From an uncultured Verrucomicrobiae bacterium (lineage in GTDB: Bacteria; Verrucomicrobiota; Verrucomicrobiia; Chthoniobacterales; UBA10450), in contig CAVWPA010000003.1 of NCBI GenBank assembly GCA_963756875.1, positions 1,440,001-1,504,000 of the forward strand: 64,000 nt of DNA, given 5' to 3'. Position numbers and translations under genes: made by a program. Below the pieces are notes generated by a model. It was not told the origin of the DNA. It was given only the letters and a program-made list of their open reading frames with translations, and did no database searches. Of the stretch, positions 31,058-39,643 are shown one piece after another; positions within the stretch are counted from its first letter, which is position 1; each line of letters opens with the position of its first letter.

Positions 31058-31449
31058 GCGACGATCTTACAGAAGCTTTGCCTCCGAGGGGCAGGAGCTT
31101 GCGAATTTTGGTCGTCGAAGATCACCTCGAAACGTTGCGAGTATTGGGCCACCTGCTCCATCATTTTGGTCACGAGATTTCATTGGCCGACGGCGCGCAA
31201 CGCGCGCTGAAAATTGTCGAGTCGAAGCCATTCGATGTCGTCTTGAGCGACATTGGTCTGCCAGACGGAAGCGGCTACGAGGTAATCGCTCAGGCCAAAC
31301 GCAACCAACCAGTCAAAGGCGTAGCCCTTACTGGCTTGGACAAAAAGGAAGACATCAAGCGAAGCAAGGAAGCTGGCTTCGATTTCCATCTCACCAAGCC
31401 GGTGGACTTCCACGAGCTGCGCACGGTTCTCGCACAGGTTGGTTCTTGA
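31054..31449 (+). CDS. Single-domain response regulator
   Basis: ILVVEDH, VLSDIGLPDGSG, GVALTG, GFDFHLTKP; similar to the C-terminal REC of 13153..14865. Confidence 0.9.
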   Translation: MSDDLTEALPPRGRSLRILVVEDHLETLRVLGHLLHHFGHEISLADGAQRALKIVESKPFDVVLSDIGLPDGSGYEVIAQAKRNQPVKGVALTGLDKKEDIKRSKEAGFDFHLTKPVDFHELRTVLAQVGS

Positions 31450-31773
31450 TCTCTATCTCTGACCACTGATCTCTCGTGACGTCTGCACTAGAGCATGACT
31501 CGCGACACAACAGCTAAGTGGCGACGACTGCAGGATTGTGCAGCAGTCTCGATCATCGCCCTAGCGAGTTTGTTCACACTTGCGCTCGCGGACACGCGCG
31601 TGGGCGATGCGTTGCAATCTACGCTTTCATGTCGCCGCGTCCGTCATTGCCACGTGGCCAGAATTGCCGTGATCTGAGATTGCGGACGCACGTCTGGGGG
31701 GCGAAAGCCTGTTCCGTATTTTCCACGTGGGAAAATGCGCATTCTCCGGCGCAAGCCGTGCATTAGCACTGCT
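31360..31773 (+). repeat. Direct repeat copy 1 (~410 bp): 3' end of the receiver gene + intergenic region + promoter module
   Basis: Matches 33696..34098 from CGAAGCAAGGAAGCTGGCTTC to GCACTGCT, apart from scattered substitutions and an indel-rich patch at ~31545-31592. Confidence 0.92.
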
Positions 31774-31785
31774 CCTAGTAGCGGA

Positions 31786-33633
31786 GTGACGGAGAACAAA
31801 TTCGGAAGAAGTAATCATCGCTGGCTGCTGGCTATTGAGTCGACGTCAGGCCCAGTTTGCGCGGCGGCACTACTCGTTTTGGCCTTTGTCGCCGCCTGCT
31901 CTTCCGCGGTGGCCCAAACCACTATTTCGCTCGGTGCGGCGCAACAGGTCGCGGTTTTGGGCAGCTCCACTGTAACCAGCGCCGGTCCGACGCTCGTTAT
32001 CGGAAATGTGGCGCTCAGCAGCCCGGGAGTCTCTATTACCGGATTTCCTCCCGGAACCATCGTCGCAGGATCCCAATACATCGGTGCCGGGCTGGCTAAC
32101 GATGCTCATACCGATGCATCCGCCGCTTATGCGCAAGTGGCCGGCGAGACATTGACGACAGACCTCTCGGGACAGGATTTGGGCGGCATGACACTCACGC
32201 CGGGGGTATACTATTTCGGCACCGCGGCCCAATTGTCTGGAACGCTGATTCTAGACACCGACGGCGACCCCAACGCCGCTTTTCATTTTCAGATCGGCTC
32301 GACTCTGACGACGGACCCGAACTCAGTGGTTTCGTTGCTCAATGGCAACACGGTGAACATTTTCTGGCAGGTCGGCACATCCGCCACGATTGGCGCCGAT
32401 AGCACGTTTTACGGAAACATCCTGGTCGACCAAAGCATTACCGTGAACAGCGGGGCCACCATCAACGGGCGAGCCATCGCGATCAACGCCGCCATCACGT
32501 TGAGCACCAATACGATCAACGGTTTCGAAACAGGAACCGTATGGAAGGGCGATCAGAGCAATCTCTGGTCGGGCGCGAACTGGTCTCCCAATGTTGCCGG
32601 CGCCACCTCCTCTTCGCTGGCTCCCGACGCCGATGTTGTGTTTTCGGTCACGGGCGTTTCGCCGCAGAACCAAAATACCGTTCTCGATGTCGATACAACA
32701 ATTTCAAGTCTAACCGTCAACGATTCGGCGACGATGACGATCGACGGTTCCCATACACTCTCGATCGACGGTTCCGGCGCTACCACCGGTATAACGGTCA
32801 ACAGCGGCGCGGGCCTGGCGACGATTAACAGCAATCTTCTGCTGAGCGGGTCGTCGCAAATGATGACGGTGAACAATTCGGCTGGTTTGGTCGTCAATGG
32901 CAGTGTGGATGGAAGCGTCGGCCTAACGAAAGCGGGGACCGGAACACTCACTCTGGCCGGCACCAATACCTATACCGGCACGACCGCCATCAATGCCGGT
33001 ACACTGGATGCGGGCGCAGCCGGCTCTCTGGGCGGAACTTCCAGCATTGTTATCAATTCGGGCGGGACGCTTCTTCTTAGCCAACCCGGAGGCGCAACGA
33101 ACGATCGAATAAACAACAGCAGCACAATGACGCTGGATGGCGGCACGTTTAACACGGGCGGGCTCAGCGAGCATGAACTCTCCGGATCTATCGTGACACC
33201 GGGCATTGGCGCCCTGACTCTTTTGAGCAGTTCCATCATTGATTTGGGCGGAGGGACAACCGTTCTCGCGTTCGCTAACAGCAGTGCGAGCACGTGGACC
33301 GGTATATTAAGCATATATAACTGGAGCGGAACTCCCGTGACAGGTGGTGGCACCGATCAACTCTATTTCGGTACCGATTCGACGGGGTTGACCTCGACGC
33401 AGCTAAGTCAAATCGCCTTCTATTCTGACTCCGGCGCGACATACCTCGGTTCGGCCGAATTCCTGAGCGGAATGACCGGTGAGCTCGGCCCGGTTCCCGA
33501 GCCGGCGACTTGGTTTTCGGCCGCTCTGGTTGCAGGGACTATCATCTGGTCTCAGCGGCGTCGTTTCACGCGCCGTTGGCTACGAGCCGCGCGCTTTGGT
33601 TGTTTCGCGTCTCAGATTGAGCAGCCTGGGTAG
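31786..33633 (+). CDS. Secreted DUF3494 ice-binding-like protein with autotransporter-associated beta-strand repeat and PEP-CTERM anchor
   Basis: Signal peptide; LGAAQQVAVLGSSTVT, DLSGQDLGGMTLTPGVY, FQIGSTLTT, NIFWQVGTSATIG, NGRAIA (DUF3494); GLTKAGTGTLTLAGTNTYTGTTAINAGTL; VPEPATW-TM-RRRF. GTG 31786 chosen by analogy with 34112 (ORF extends to 31735). Confidence 0.88.
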   Translation: MTENKFGRSNHRWLLAIESTSGPVCAAALLVLAFVAACSSAVAQTTISLGAAQQVAVLGSSTVTSAGPTLVIGNVALSSPGVSITGFPPGTIVAGSQYIGAGLANDAHTDASAAYAQVAGETLTTDLSGQDLGGMTLTPGVYYFGTAAQLSGTLILDTDGDPNAAFHFQIGSTLTTDPNSVVSLLNGNTVNIFWQVGTSATIGADSTFYGNILVDQSITVNSGATINGRAIAINAAITLSTNTINGFETGTVWKGDQSNLWSGANWSPNVAGATSSSLAPDADVVFSVTGVSPQNQNTVLDVDTTISSLTVNDSATMTIDGSHTLSIDGSGATTGITVNSGAGLATINSNLLLSGSSQMMTVNNSAGLVVNGSVDGSVGLTKAGTGTLTLAGTNTYTGTTAINAGTLDAGAAGSLGGTSSIVINSGGTLLLSQPGGATNDRINNSSTMTLDGGTFNTGGLSEHELSGSIVTPGIGALTLLSSSIIDLGGGTTVLAFANSSASTWTGILSIYNWSGTPVTGGGTDQLYFGTDSTGLTSTQLSQIAFYSDSGATYLGSAEFLSGMTGELGPVPEPATWFSAALVAGTIIWSQRRRFTRRWLRAARFGCFASQIEQPG

Positions 33634-33695
33634 AATCGTCGTGCTCTAAAATTGCGAATGCCGCGCTAACAGGAGGGCGGATTCTGCGTTCTTGC

Positions 33696-34098
33696 CGAAG
33701 CAAGGAAGCTGGCTTCGATTTCCATCTCGCCAAGCCGGTGGACTTCCACGAGCTGCGCACGGTTCTCGCACAGGTTGGTTCTTGATCTCTATCTCTGACC
33801 ACTGATCTCTCGTGACGTCTGCACTAGAGCATGACTCGCGACACAACAGCCAAGTGGCGACGACTGCAGGATTGTGCAGTAGTTGATATCGTAGGAGTTT
33901 GTTCAATTGGTTCGTGACACGCGCGTGGGCGATGCGTTGCAATCTACGCTTTCATGTCGCCGCGTCCGTCATTGCCACGTGGCCAGAATTGCCGTGATCT
34001 GAGATTGCGGACGCACGTCTGGGGGGCGAAAGCCTGCTCCGTATTTTCCACGTGGAAAAATGCGCATTCTCCGGCGCAAGCCGTGCATTGGCACTGCT
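33696..34098 (+). repeat. Direct repeat copy 2 (contains an orphan 3' fragment of the receiver gene)
   Basis: See 31360..31773. Confidence 0.92.
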
Positions 34099-34111
34099 TC
34101 TGTAATGCCGC

Positions 34112-34924
34112 ATGACGGGCAATGAATTCTCAGGGAGAAATGATCCTTTGATATCTAACCGGGCCTTGTGGCTCGGGATCGTATTATACGCCGCTTTGTT
34201 TGCTACGGTTGCGGTCGTAGTCGGCGGCACGGCGCCGCCGACCACAACGCGAATCGCTTGGGAAGCGAACTCCGCAGGCACGCTAATTTTCGGAAATAGC
34301 GAACAGACTGGAGTAAGCGAGGGAAGTCGCTCGGATTACTTCCTCCTCCGCAACAGCTATGAAACTCAAGGTGCGCTGACGCTCCGTTCACAGTCGGTCC
34401 TCGTTTCTTCCTTAAGATCAAGCCGATCAATCTCGCAAGAGCTGGTTTCGGTGAGGGCATATAATCCGAGAATTGCCGACGCGCCGTGGGCACGCGTTAG
34501 CCCGCCTCGTTTCAACGCACCAATTGTTTCAGGAGGAAGCGAAGGAGGGATCACGGCGCCGCAGTTAGCCTTCGCCGATCAAAGCGGGTTTACCCTGGAA
34601 GAGATCGGTCCAGTTTCCGAGCCGGCGACCTGGCTCTCGACCGCGCTGATTACAGGCGTGATTGCATGGAGCCAACGGCGTCGTTTTATCCGAAGTGTCC
34701 GAAGTCGCGCACGACCTGGGAAACGTGCTGTTTGCGCGAATCGATTCTGGCCAATTCTCGCTGGGCCGCTTCTTATTTGCATTCTCAGCGCACCCGCAAA
34801 TCTCTTAGCCGTGCCCCGTGAAACTAACGATGTAGGGCGTTTAGAATCATCGCTGGCGCGGGTTGCGGCGGTTAGCAAGTCCTTAGCGAAATTCCATGGT
34901 TCCGATCTCTATCAGACATTTTGA
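34112..34924 (+). CDS. Membrane protein with an internal degenerate PEP-CTERM (VSEP) motif; possibly a decayed paralog
   Basis: N-terminal TM; GPVSEPATWLSTALITGVIAWSQRRRF aligns with the GPVPEPATWFSAALVAGTIIWSQRRRF tail of the upstream gene; a further hydrophobic span follows. Confidence 0.55.
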   Translation: MTGNEFSGRNDPLISNRALWLGIVLYAALFATVAVVVGGTAPPTTTRIAWEANSAGTLIFGNSEQTGVSEGSRSDYFLLRNSYETQGALTLRSQSVLVSSLRSSRSISQELVSVRAYNPRIADAPWARVSPPRFNAPIVSGGSEGGITAPQLAFADQSGFTLEEIGPVSEPATWLSTALITGVIAWSQRRRFIRSVRSRARPGKRAVCANRFWPILAGPLLICILSAPANLLAVPRETNDVGRLESSLARVAAVSKSLAKFHGSDLYQTF

Positions 34925-35095
34925 TTATAATTCTCGCAGCTGAGCTGTGGAATTTTTTCAAAACGATTGTTTTGGACGGAAGGGATCTGGCACTGTCGCC
35001 GGGACTGGCGGGTTTCTTGCTCAATTGAGTCTCGGATCCGATGAAAATTCCCAGGATTGCCGCCATAACTTCTTTGCCGCGATAAAGACTTCGTA

Positions 35096-35572
35096 ATGCA
35101 CTTGCCTCTTCGGTTGCGTGCCGGAGTCCGTTCCTTCGCGTGGATCGCGGCGATCGCCGCTTTTCTCGCCCTGGGTGCGCCGGCGGTTTTTCGAAGCGCC
35201 GCCGAAGGCTCGATCCAGTTCGCCGGTCCATTTCATTCCAGCGACAGCTTTTTGAATTTCGCCACCGGCGTAAACAACGGTTCCAAAAAACTCATCGCGT
35301 TGTTTGGCTCTTTGCCCTCTTCAAAAGAAATCCTGATCGTCGTGCAGAACGACGACCAGCGGAGCGCCTTTCTCGGAGCGTTGGTCGCGTATCTGGCATG
35401 GCCGCATTCGGTGCGGGTTATTGATCTTCACGATGCTGGATCTTTCCGTTCCGCACGGCCGGACGCCATTGCTGCCGTCGCTTTTTGTCGTGTTCGACGG
35501 CCGCCATCGTGGGATCGGGGCGAACGCTTCGGCGATTCGTTGGAGATCGTACCGGTTCGGGTAACAAAATGA
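35096..35572 (+). CDS. Hypothetical exported/membrane protein
   Basis: N-terminal hydrophobic span; ATGA overlap with the next gene. Confidence 0.55.
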   Translation: MHLPLRLRAGVRSFAWIAAIAAFLALGAPAVFRSAAEGSIQFAGPFHSSDSFLNFATGVNNGSKKLIALFGSLPSSKEILIVVQNDDQRSAFLGALVAYLAWPHSVRVIDLHDAGSFRSARPDAIAAVAFCRVRRPPSWDRGERFGDSLEIVPVRVTK

Positions 35573-37056
35573 ATTTCCTCGCGCTTCTCGGGGCGATTGC
35601 AACAATTCTCGGCGCAGGTTCCGTTTTCCTTCTGTTTATACCTGCACAAAGAGGTCCGGGTATTGCAACACAACTTGCGCTCTCGTGGATCTTCGGCACT
35701 GGCCTTGTTTCGCTTCTTATCTGGCTCCTCGGATTCTTCTTGAGCGCTCCGCTTTTACCCGCACTGATCACGGTGGTCTGCATGACGCTTGGGGTGCTTA
35801 CAATCAAGATGCGCGGCTATTCCCCAACGCGGCCTCGAATATCGGGAACATCACAGCCGATTGCGCTTTTCCTTGGAACCGTCATCGCGCTCGAACTCAT
35901 ATTTATTTTTTACTTCTCCTTCGTCCACACTCTGGGAGGCGACGGACTGTTGAATTGGGAGATCAAGGCCCGCTATGCCTATGCAAACGCAGGCGCGCTG
36001 CCGTCGGCTTATTTTCACGATGCCGGCCGGGCCACCAGTCACCCGGAATACCCGCTGGCGATTCCTTACACGGAGCTCTGGCTCTATTTCTGGCTCGGAG
36101 ACACAAACCAGTTTTTGGCGAAGACAATCTTTCCGCTCTTCTACGCCGCCGGCATCGCGTTGCTTGTCTCGATCAGTCGCCGTTTAACCGGTAAAACATG
36201 GCCCGGTCTGCTGGTCTCGAGCCTCTATTTTTTCATTCCCCAGATTTCCACGGGGACCGGGAGCGCCGTGGTTGGCTACGCAGACTTTCCATTGAGCGTG
36301 TTTTACCTGGCCGCCATTGGAAACCTGTTATGTGCGTGCCGTCAGAATGACGATGGTCGCGACAACGGCGCATTTGCAATTTATGCCGTTGCTCTGGCGA
36401 TGCTGCCCTGGATAAAGCGCGAGGGCGCGATCCTGTGGTTTGTCGGTGCGCTTTGCGGTCTGTTTGTTATTTGGCGAAGAAAAAAATCGCCGGTCTCTCT
36501 TCTGGCGCTTCTGCCCGGTTTGATCCTGATCGGTGGATGGCATTTTTATCTCGCGCGAATGCACGCGGTTTCCTCGTCGGACTTTATGCCGCTCAGCCTT
36601 GCCGGTTTGGGCGCGAATATTCATCGGCTCGGTCCCATCCTATCGATGTTGTTTTCGGAATTCATCAACACGGATGTTTGGAGCCTGTTCTGGCCGGCCG
36701 TTGCGCTGGCGAGCGGATTCTTCCTGTTTCGGTTTCGCGGAAGCTCTGCCGTCATGCTGATTGTGTCGATCGCGGCTCCCATCTGCATTTACACCGGTGC
36801 GTATATTTTTAGCAATTGGCCGGATTATCACGACCATGTCGCACTCTCGATCGACCGGCTGCTGATGCATGTTGCACCGCTGGCCGCGCTGATGATTTCG
36901 GCCGTTCTGGCCTCCGATTTGAAGCGTTCGAGCAGGCCGGAAACTTTTCCGCTGGCAGCAAGTCGTTCCCCGTTGGACGTTCAACCGCTTGAAACCTGCG
37001 CTTCAGTCGCCGGACCGTGTCCGGACAATGTTTGGATCGATCGCGGCGCGATATGA
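35569..37056 (+). CDS. Polytopic membrane protein, GT-C fold (ArnT/PMT-like) glycosyltransferase candidate
   Basis: Many TM spans; DGLLNWEIKAR, SHPEYPL, GYADFPL, WIKREG motifs. Start at MNFLALL. Confidence 0.65.
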   Translation: MNFLALLGAIATILGAGSVFLLFIPAQRGPGIATQLALSWIFGTGLVSLLIWLLGFFLSAPLLPALITVVCMTLGVLTIKMRGYSPTRPRISGTSQPIALFLGTVIALELIFIFYFSFVHTLGGDGLLNWEIKARYAYANAGALPSAYFHDAGRATSHPEYPLAIPYTELWLYFWLGDTNQFLAKTIFPLFYAAGIALLVSISRRLTGKTWPGLLVSSLYFFIPQISTGTGSAVVGYADFPLSVFYLAAIGNLLCACRQNDDGRDNGAFAIYAVALAMLPWIKREGAILWFVGALCGLFVIWRRKKSPVSLLALLPGLILIGGWHFYLARMHAVSSSDFMPLSLAGLGANIHRLGPILSMLFSEFINTDVWSLFWPAVALASGFFLFRFRGSSAVMLIVSIAAPICIYTGAYIFSNWPDYHDHVALSIDRLLMHVAPLAALMISAVLASDLKRSSRPETFPLAASRSPLDVQPLETCASVAGPCPDNVWIDRGAI

Positions 37057-37684
37057 TCTTGCCAACCATCTCCTGAGTTGCGGCTTCGATTTCCGGTGGC
37101 GCGGGCGGGCTGCTGAAATTGTTGCGAACTGGCGGCCGGCCAAATTGGTCGATCTCGCTACCGGCACGGGTGATCTCGCGCTCGCGATCCAGCAGAAGCT
37201 GCCGCGGACCGAACTTGTAGGTGTCGATTTTTCCATGGAAATGCTGGAACTCGCGAAAGCGAAAGGCGTCAGGCAAACGATCTTCGCCGATGCGATGAAA
37301 TTGCCGTTCGCGGACGGGTCGTTCGATTGCGTGACCATTGCGTTCGGGTTGCGCAATTTGCCGGACATCGAGCTGGCGCTGCGTGAAATGGCGCGAGTTC
37401 TCAATTCGAGCGGCAATCTGCTGGTGCTGGAATTTTCGCTGCCGCGCGTGTCAGCCGTGCGCGCCCTCTACAGGTTATACTTGCACCGCTGCCTGCCGGT
37501 GTTCGGTTCGTTTCTTACAAAGAAGAAGAGCGCTTACGATTATCTCGGCGACTCAATCGAAGAGTTCCCGAGCGGCGAGGCCATGCTGAGCCTGATGAAG
37601 ACTGCCGGATTTCGCAACGCGCGCGCGGAGCCGTTGACTGCCGGCATCGTCACGATTTACACGGCGGAGAAAGCCAAGTTGTAG
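36989..37684 (+). CDS. ubiE: Ubiquinone/menaquinone biosynthesis C-methyltransferase UbiE/MenG
   Basis: VRTMFGSIAARYDLANHLLS, DLATGTGD, DAMKLPFAD.SFD, AFGLRN, VLEFS, AYDYL..SI..FP. Confidence 0.93.
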   Translation: MKPALQSPDRVRTMFGSIAARYDLANHLLSCGFDFRWRGRAAEIVANWRPAKLVDLATGTGDLALAIQQKLPRTELVGVDFSMEMLELAKAKGVRQTIFADAMKLPFADGSFDCVTIAFGLRNLPDIELALREMARVLNSSGNLLVLEFSLPRVSAVRALYRLYLHRCLPVFGSFLTKKKSAYDYLGDSIEEFPSGEAMLSLMKTAGFRNARAEPLTAGIVTIYTAEKAKL

Positions 37685-37745
37685 CGGCCCCGAAAGCATT
37701 CGGGGTGGCATGAATTTATCCGGCGCTCACAGAGCGCCGCTGCAG
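37680..37745. repeat. GTAG-type REP-like element with a nested CCCCGAAAGCATTCGGGG hairpin
   Basis: TGTAGCGGC...GGCGCTCACAGAGCGCCGCTGCA between convergent genes. Confidence 0.65.
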
Positions 37746-37749
37746 AAAA

Positions 37750-39627
37750 TCACCGCTTCGCAGTCGGCGCAGGCGTAGATGAAGAGGCGACGCTCGGATG
37801 CGGGGAGGCGGCTATGCTGGCTGAGCGCGCAGGCGACGGGGGAGCCTGGTTGACGAGATTCAGTCTGAACGCGCTGAGATCCGGGTTGTTCATGACGAAT
37901 GTACCTTCGCGCTCGTCCACTTTCGCAAACCACATGGCTTGAGGCGCCGCATCGCCCACCATAAACTTGTGCGTCGCCTTGTCGTCCGGCGAAGTCGTAA
38001 AGGTCACAACCAGGCGCGGTTTCCCGAATCCTTGTTGCGGCGTCGTCGGGCCCACCCAGCGTACGGCGTGTAAATTCGACAACGTGTTCAGCAGTGATTG
38101 CACGTTCGTTTGATTGATCTCGCCTTTGCCCTTCGCCAACGTCCATTGGTTTTTTGCGCCGCGCACCACTTCCACGGCCTGGCCCTGTTCCATCTCGACG
38201 CGGATGCGGTGAATCTGTTCCGGCTTGAATTTAAAGATCGCCAGGTCCTGCCATTGTATTGGATCGGTGAAGATCTGGTCGAGCAAACCGCGCGGCACCG
38301 CGACGACGAACGGTTCGTCGCCGACGCGGGCGTAAACATCGTTTCCGTCGATTTTTCCAAATGCGATCGTGGCAAACGGGCGCTCGCCGGCATTTGTCTC
38401 CGCCGTGTTTTCCGAGGCGAACGAGCTGAACGTCAGTTGCAGTTGCGGTTTATCAAGCCCGTACCTGGACAGATTGGAAGCGACATCTTCGACAAACCTG
38501 CTGACCTTCTCGTTTTGTAAAACGTCGATCAACCGTCGCACCTCACTCGAATTGGCCGGAGTATTCTTCTTGTTCGCAATCGTCCAGTCTTCATCCTTGC
38601 GCGCCAAAACCGTTTTGCCTTTTTCAGGGGCGTCAATGGTGATCCTGTCGAGATTCTTCGTGTCGATGCGCGCCAGATGCCGGTCTCGTAAATCGTTCGG
38701 TTTTGTATTGAGCAGGTCTTCGATTTTTTTCGGTAGCGTGTAAACCGAACCCCGCGCTGCAAACCGCACGTACACCTGGTCCTTCTCTTTCTCGGGCGTG
38801 TTGCCGATTTGCAACATCTGCCCCTGTTTGTCGCCCTGGCCGAAGAGGGTGACCGAGCCCTTTGGTTCGGCCAGACCGTAGGGATGCAGGTCGCCGCGGT
38901 CGTCAGCGACGAATTTTTGAATTTGGGCGGTCGTCACCTGGGCAATCAAGTCGCCAATCTTCTGGTCGTCGCCTCGTGCCTGCAGCGGTTTGGTAATCTC
39001 CCAGTGCTCGTCTTGCTTTTGCAGCTCCATTTCGCCGGCCGGCGACTTGAGAACAACCCGGGTCACCTGTGCCTCGATCAAGTCTGTTAACCTTCTGTCG
39101 CGAAAATCCTCGGGCTTTTTTTCGATGTCTTTCTTCACCGATTGCCCGGCGATAAAAGCTTCCTTCGAATTCTCAAAACGCACGTAGATCTTGCCCTCAA
39201 GGGCGGCGTCCTTGCCAAAGAAAATCTCCGGCGGCGCGCCCGGTCCGAGCAGTTTCAGCCGCAGCTTCGCTCTATTCAGGCCGTACTCACTCAGTCTGTT
39301 TTTGTCTGCCGCGATTTCTTTTGCCGGGATGGTCGCGTCCTTTTGCCAGCTCTCAAGATCGAGCAGAAGATTTTCGATGGCGGAATTGTTTGCCTGATCC
39401 TTGATGGGTGCTTCCAGACGCCATTTTTCGTCGTTGCGTCGCAGCTCGATCCTTTCGCCGCCGTTGTGAATGACAATGCCGTCGATCTTGTCGCGATCGA
39501 AATTAATGACCTTCTCGGACTGGCGCGCTGCTTCCTGCGTTCCCGGCGCTGTGCGCTCGTAGAAATAAAGGTAGGCAAAAACGGCGCCGGTAATGATCAG
39601 CAGAACAAGTGTCGTTTTCCACTTCAT
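37750..39627 (-). CDS. DUF4340 domain protein (repeated domains), ABC-associated
   Basis: N-terminal TM (MKWKTTLVLLII); repeated W.L..P / L..YGL..P / D.RDR.L units; follows the GldG-like gene. Confidence 0.8.
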   Translation of the reverse strand: MKWKTTLVLLIITGAVFAYLYFYERTAPGTQEAARQSEKVINFDRDKIDGIVIHNGGERIELRRNDEKWRLEAPIKDQANNSAIENLLLDLESWQKDATIPAKEIAADKNRLSEYGLNRAKLRLKLLGPGAPPEIFFGKDAALEGKIYVRFENSKEAFIAGQSVKKDIEKKPEDFRDRRLTDLIEAQVTRVVLKSPAGEMELQKQDEHWEITKPLQARGDDQKIGDLIAQVTTAQIQKFVADDRGDLHPYGLAEPKGSVTLFGQGDKQGQMLQIGNTPEKEKDQVYVRFAARGSVYTLPKKIEDLLNTKPNDLRDRHLARIDTKNLDRITIDAPEKGKTVLARKDEDWTIANKKNTPANSSEVRRLIDVLQNEKVSRFVEDVASNLSRYGLDKPQLQLTFSSFASENTAETNAGERPFATIAFGKIDGNDVYARVGDEPFVVAVPRGLLDQIFTDPIQWQDLAIFKFKPEQIHRIRVEMEQGQAVEVVRGAKNQWTLAKGKGEINQTNVQSLLNTLSNLHAVRWVGPTTPQQGFGKPRLVVTFTTSPDDKATHKFMVGDAAPQAMWFAKVDEREGTFVMNNPDLSAFRLNLVNQAPPSPARSASIAASPHPSVASSSTPAPTAKR

Positions 39628-39643
39628 GACATCGAATGATTCG

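Noticed and set aside
7088..31449. Chemotaxis (Che/Chp) or c-di-GMP cluster
   Set aside because: No CheA, CheW, MCP, CheR/CheB, GGDEF, EAL or HD-GYP motifs were found in the translations.
6545..37000. Integrative element or prophage inserted at tRNA-Leu
   Set aside because: No integrase, transposase or phage gene was recognised, and I saw no second copy of the tRNA 3' end (att site). The island call rests only on gene content and position.
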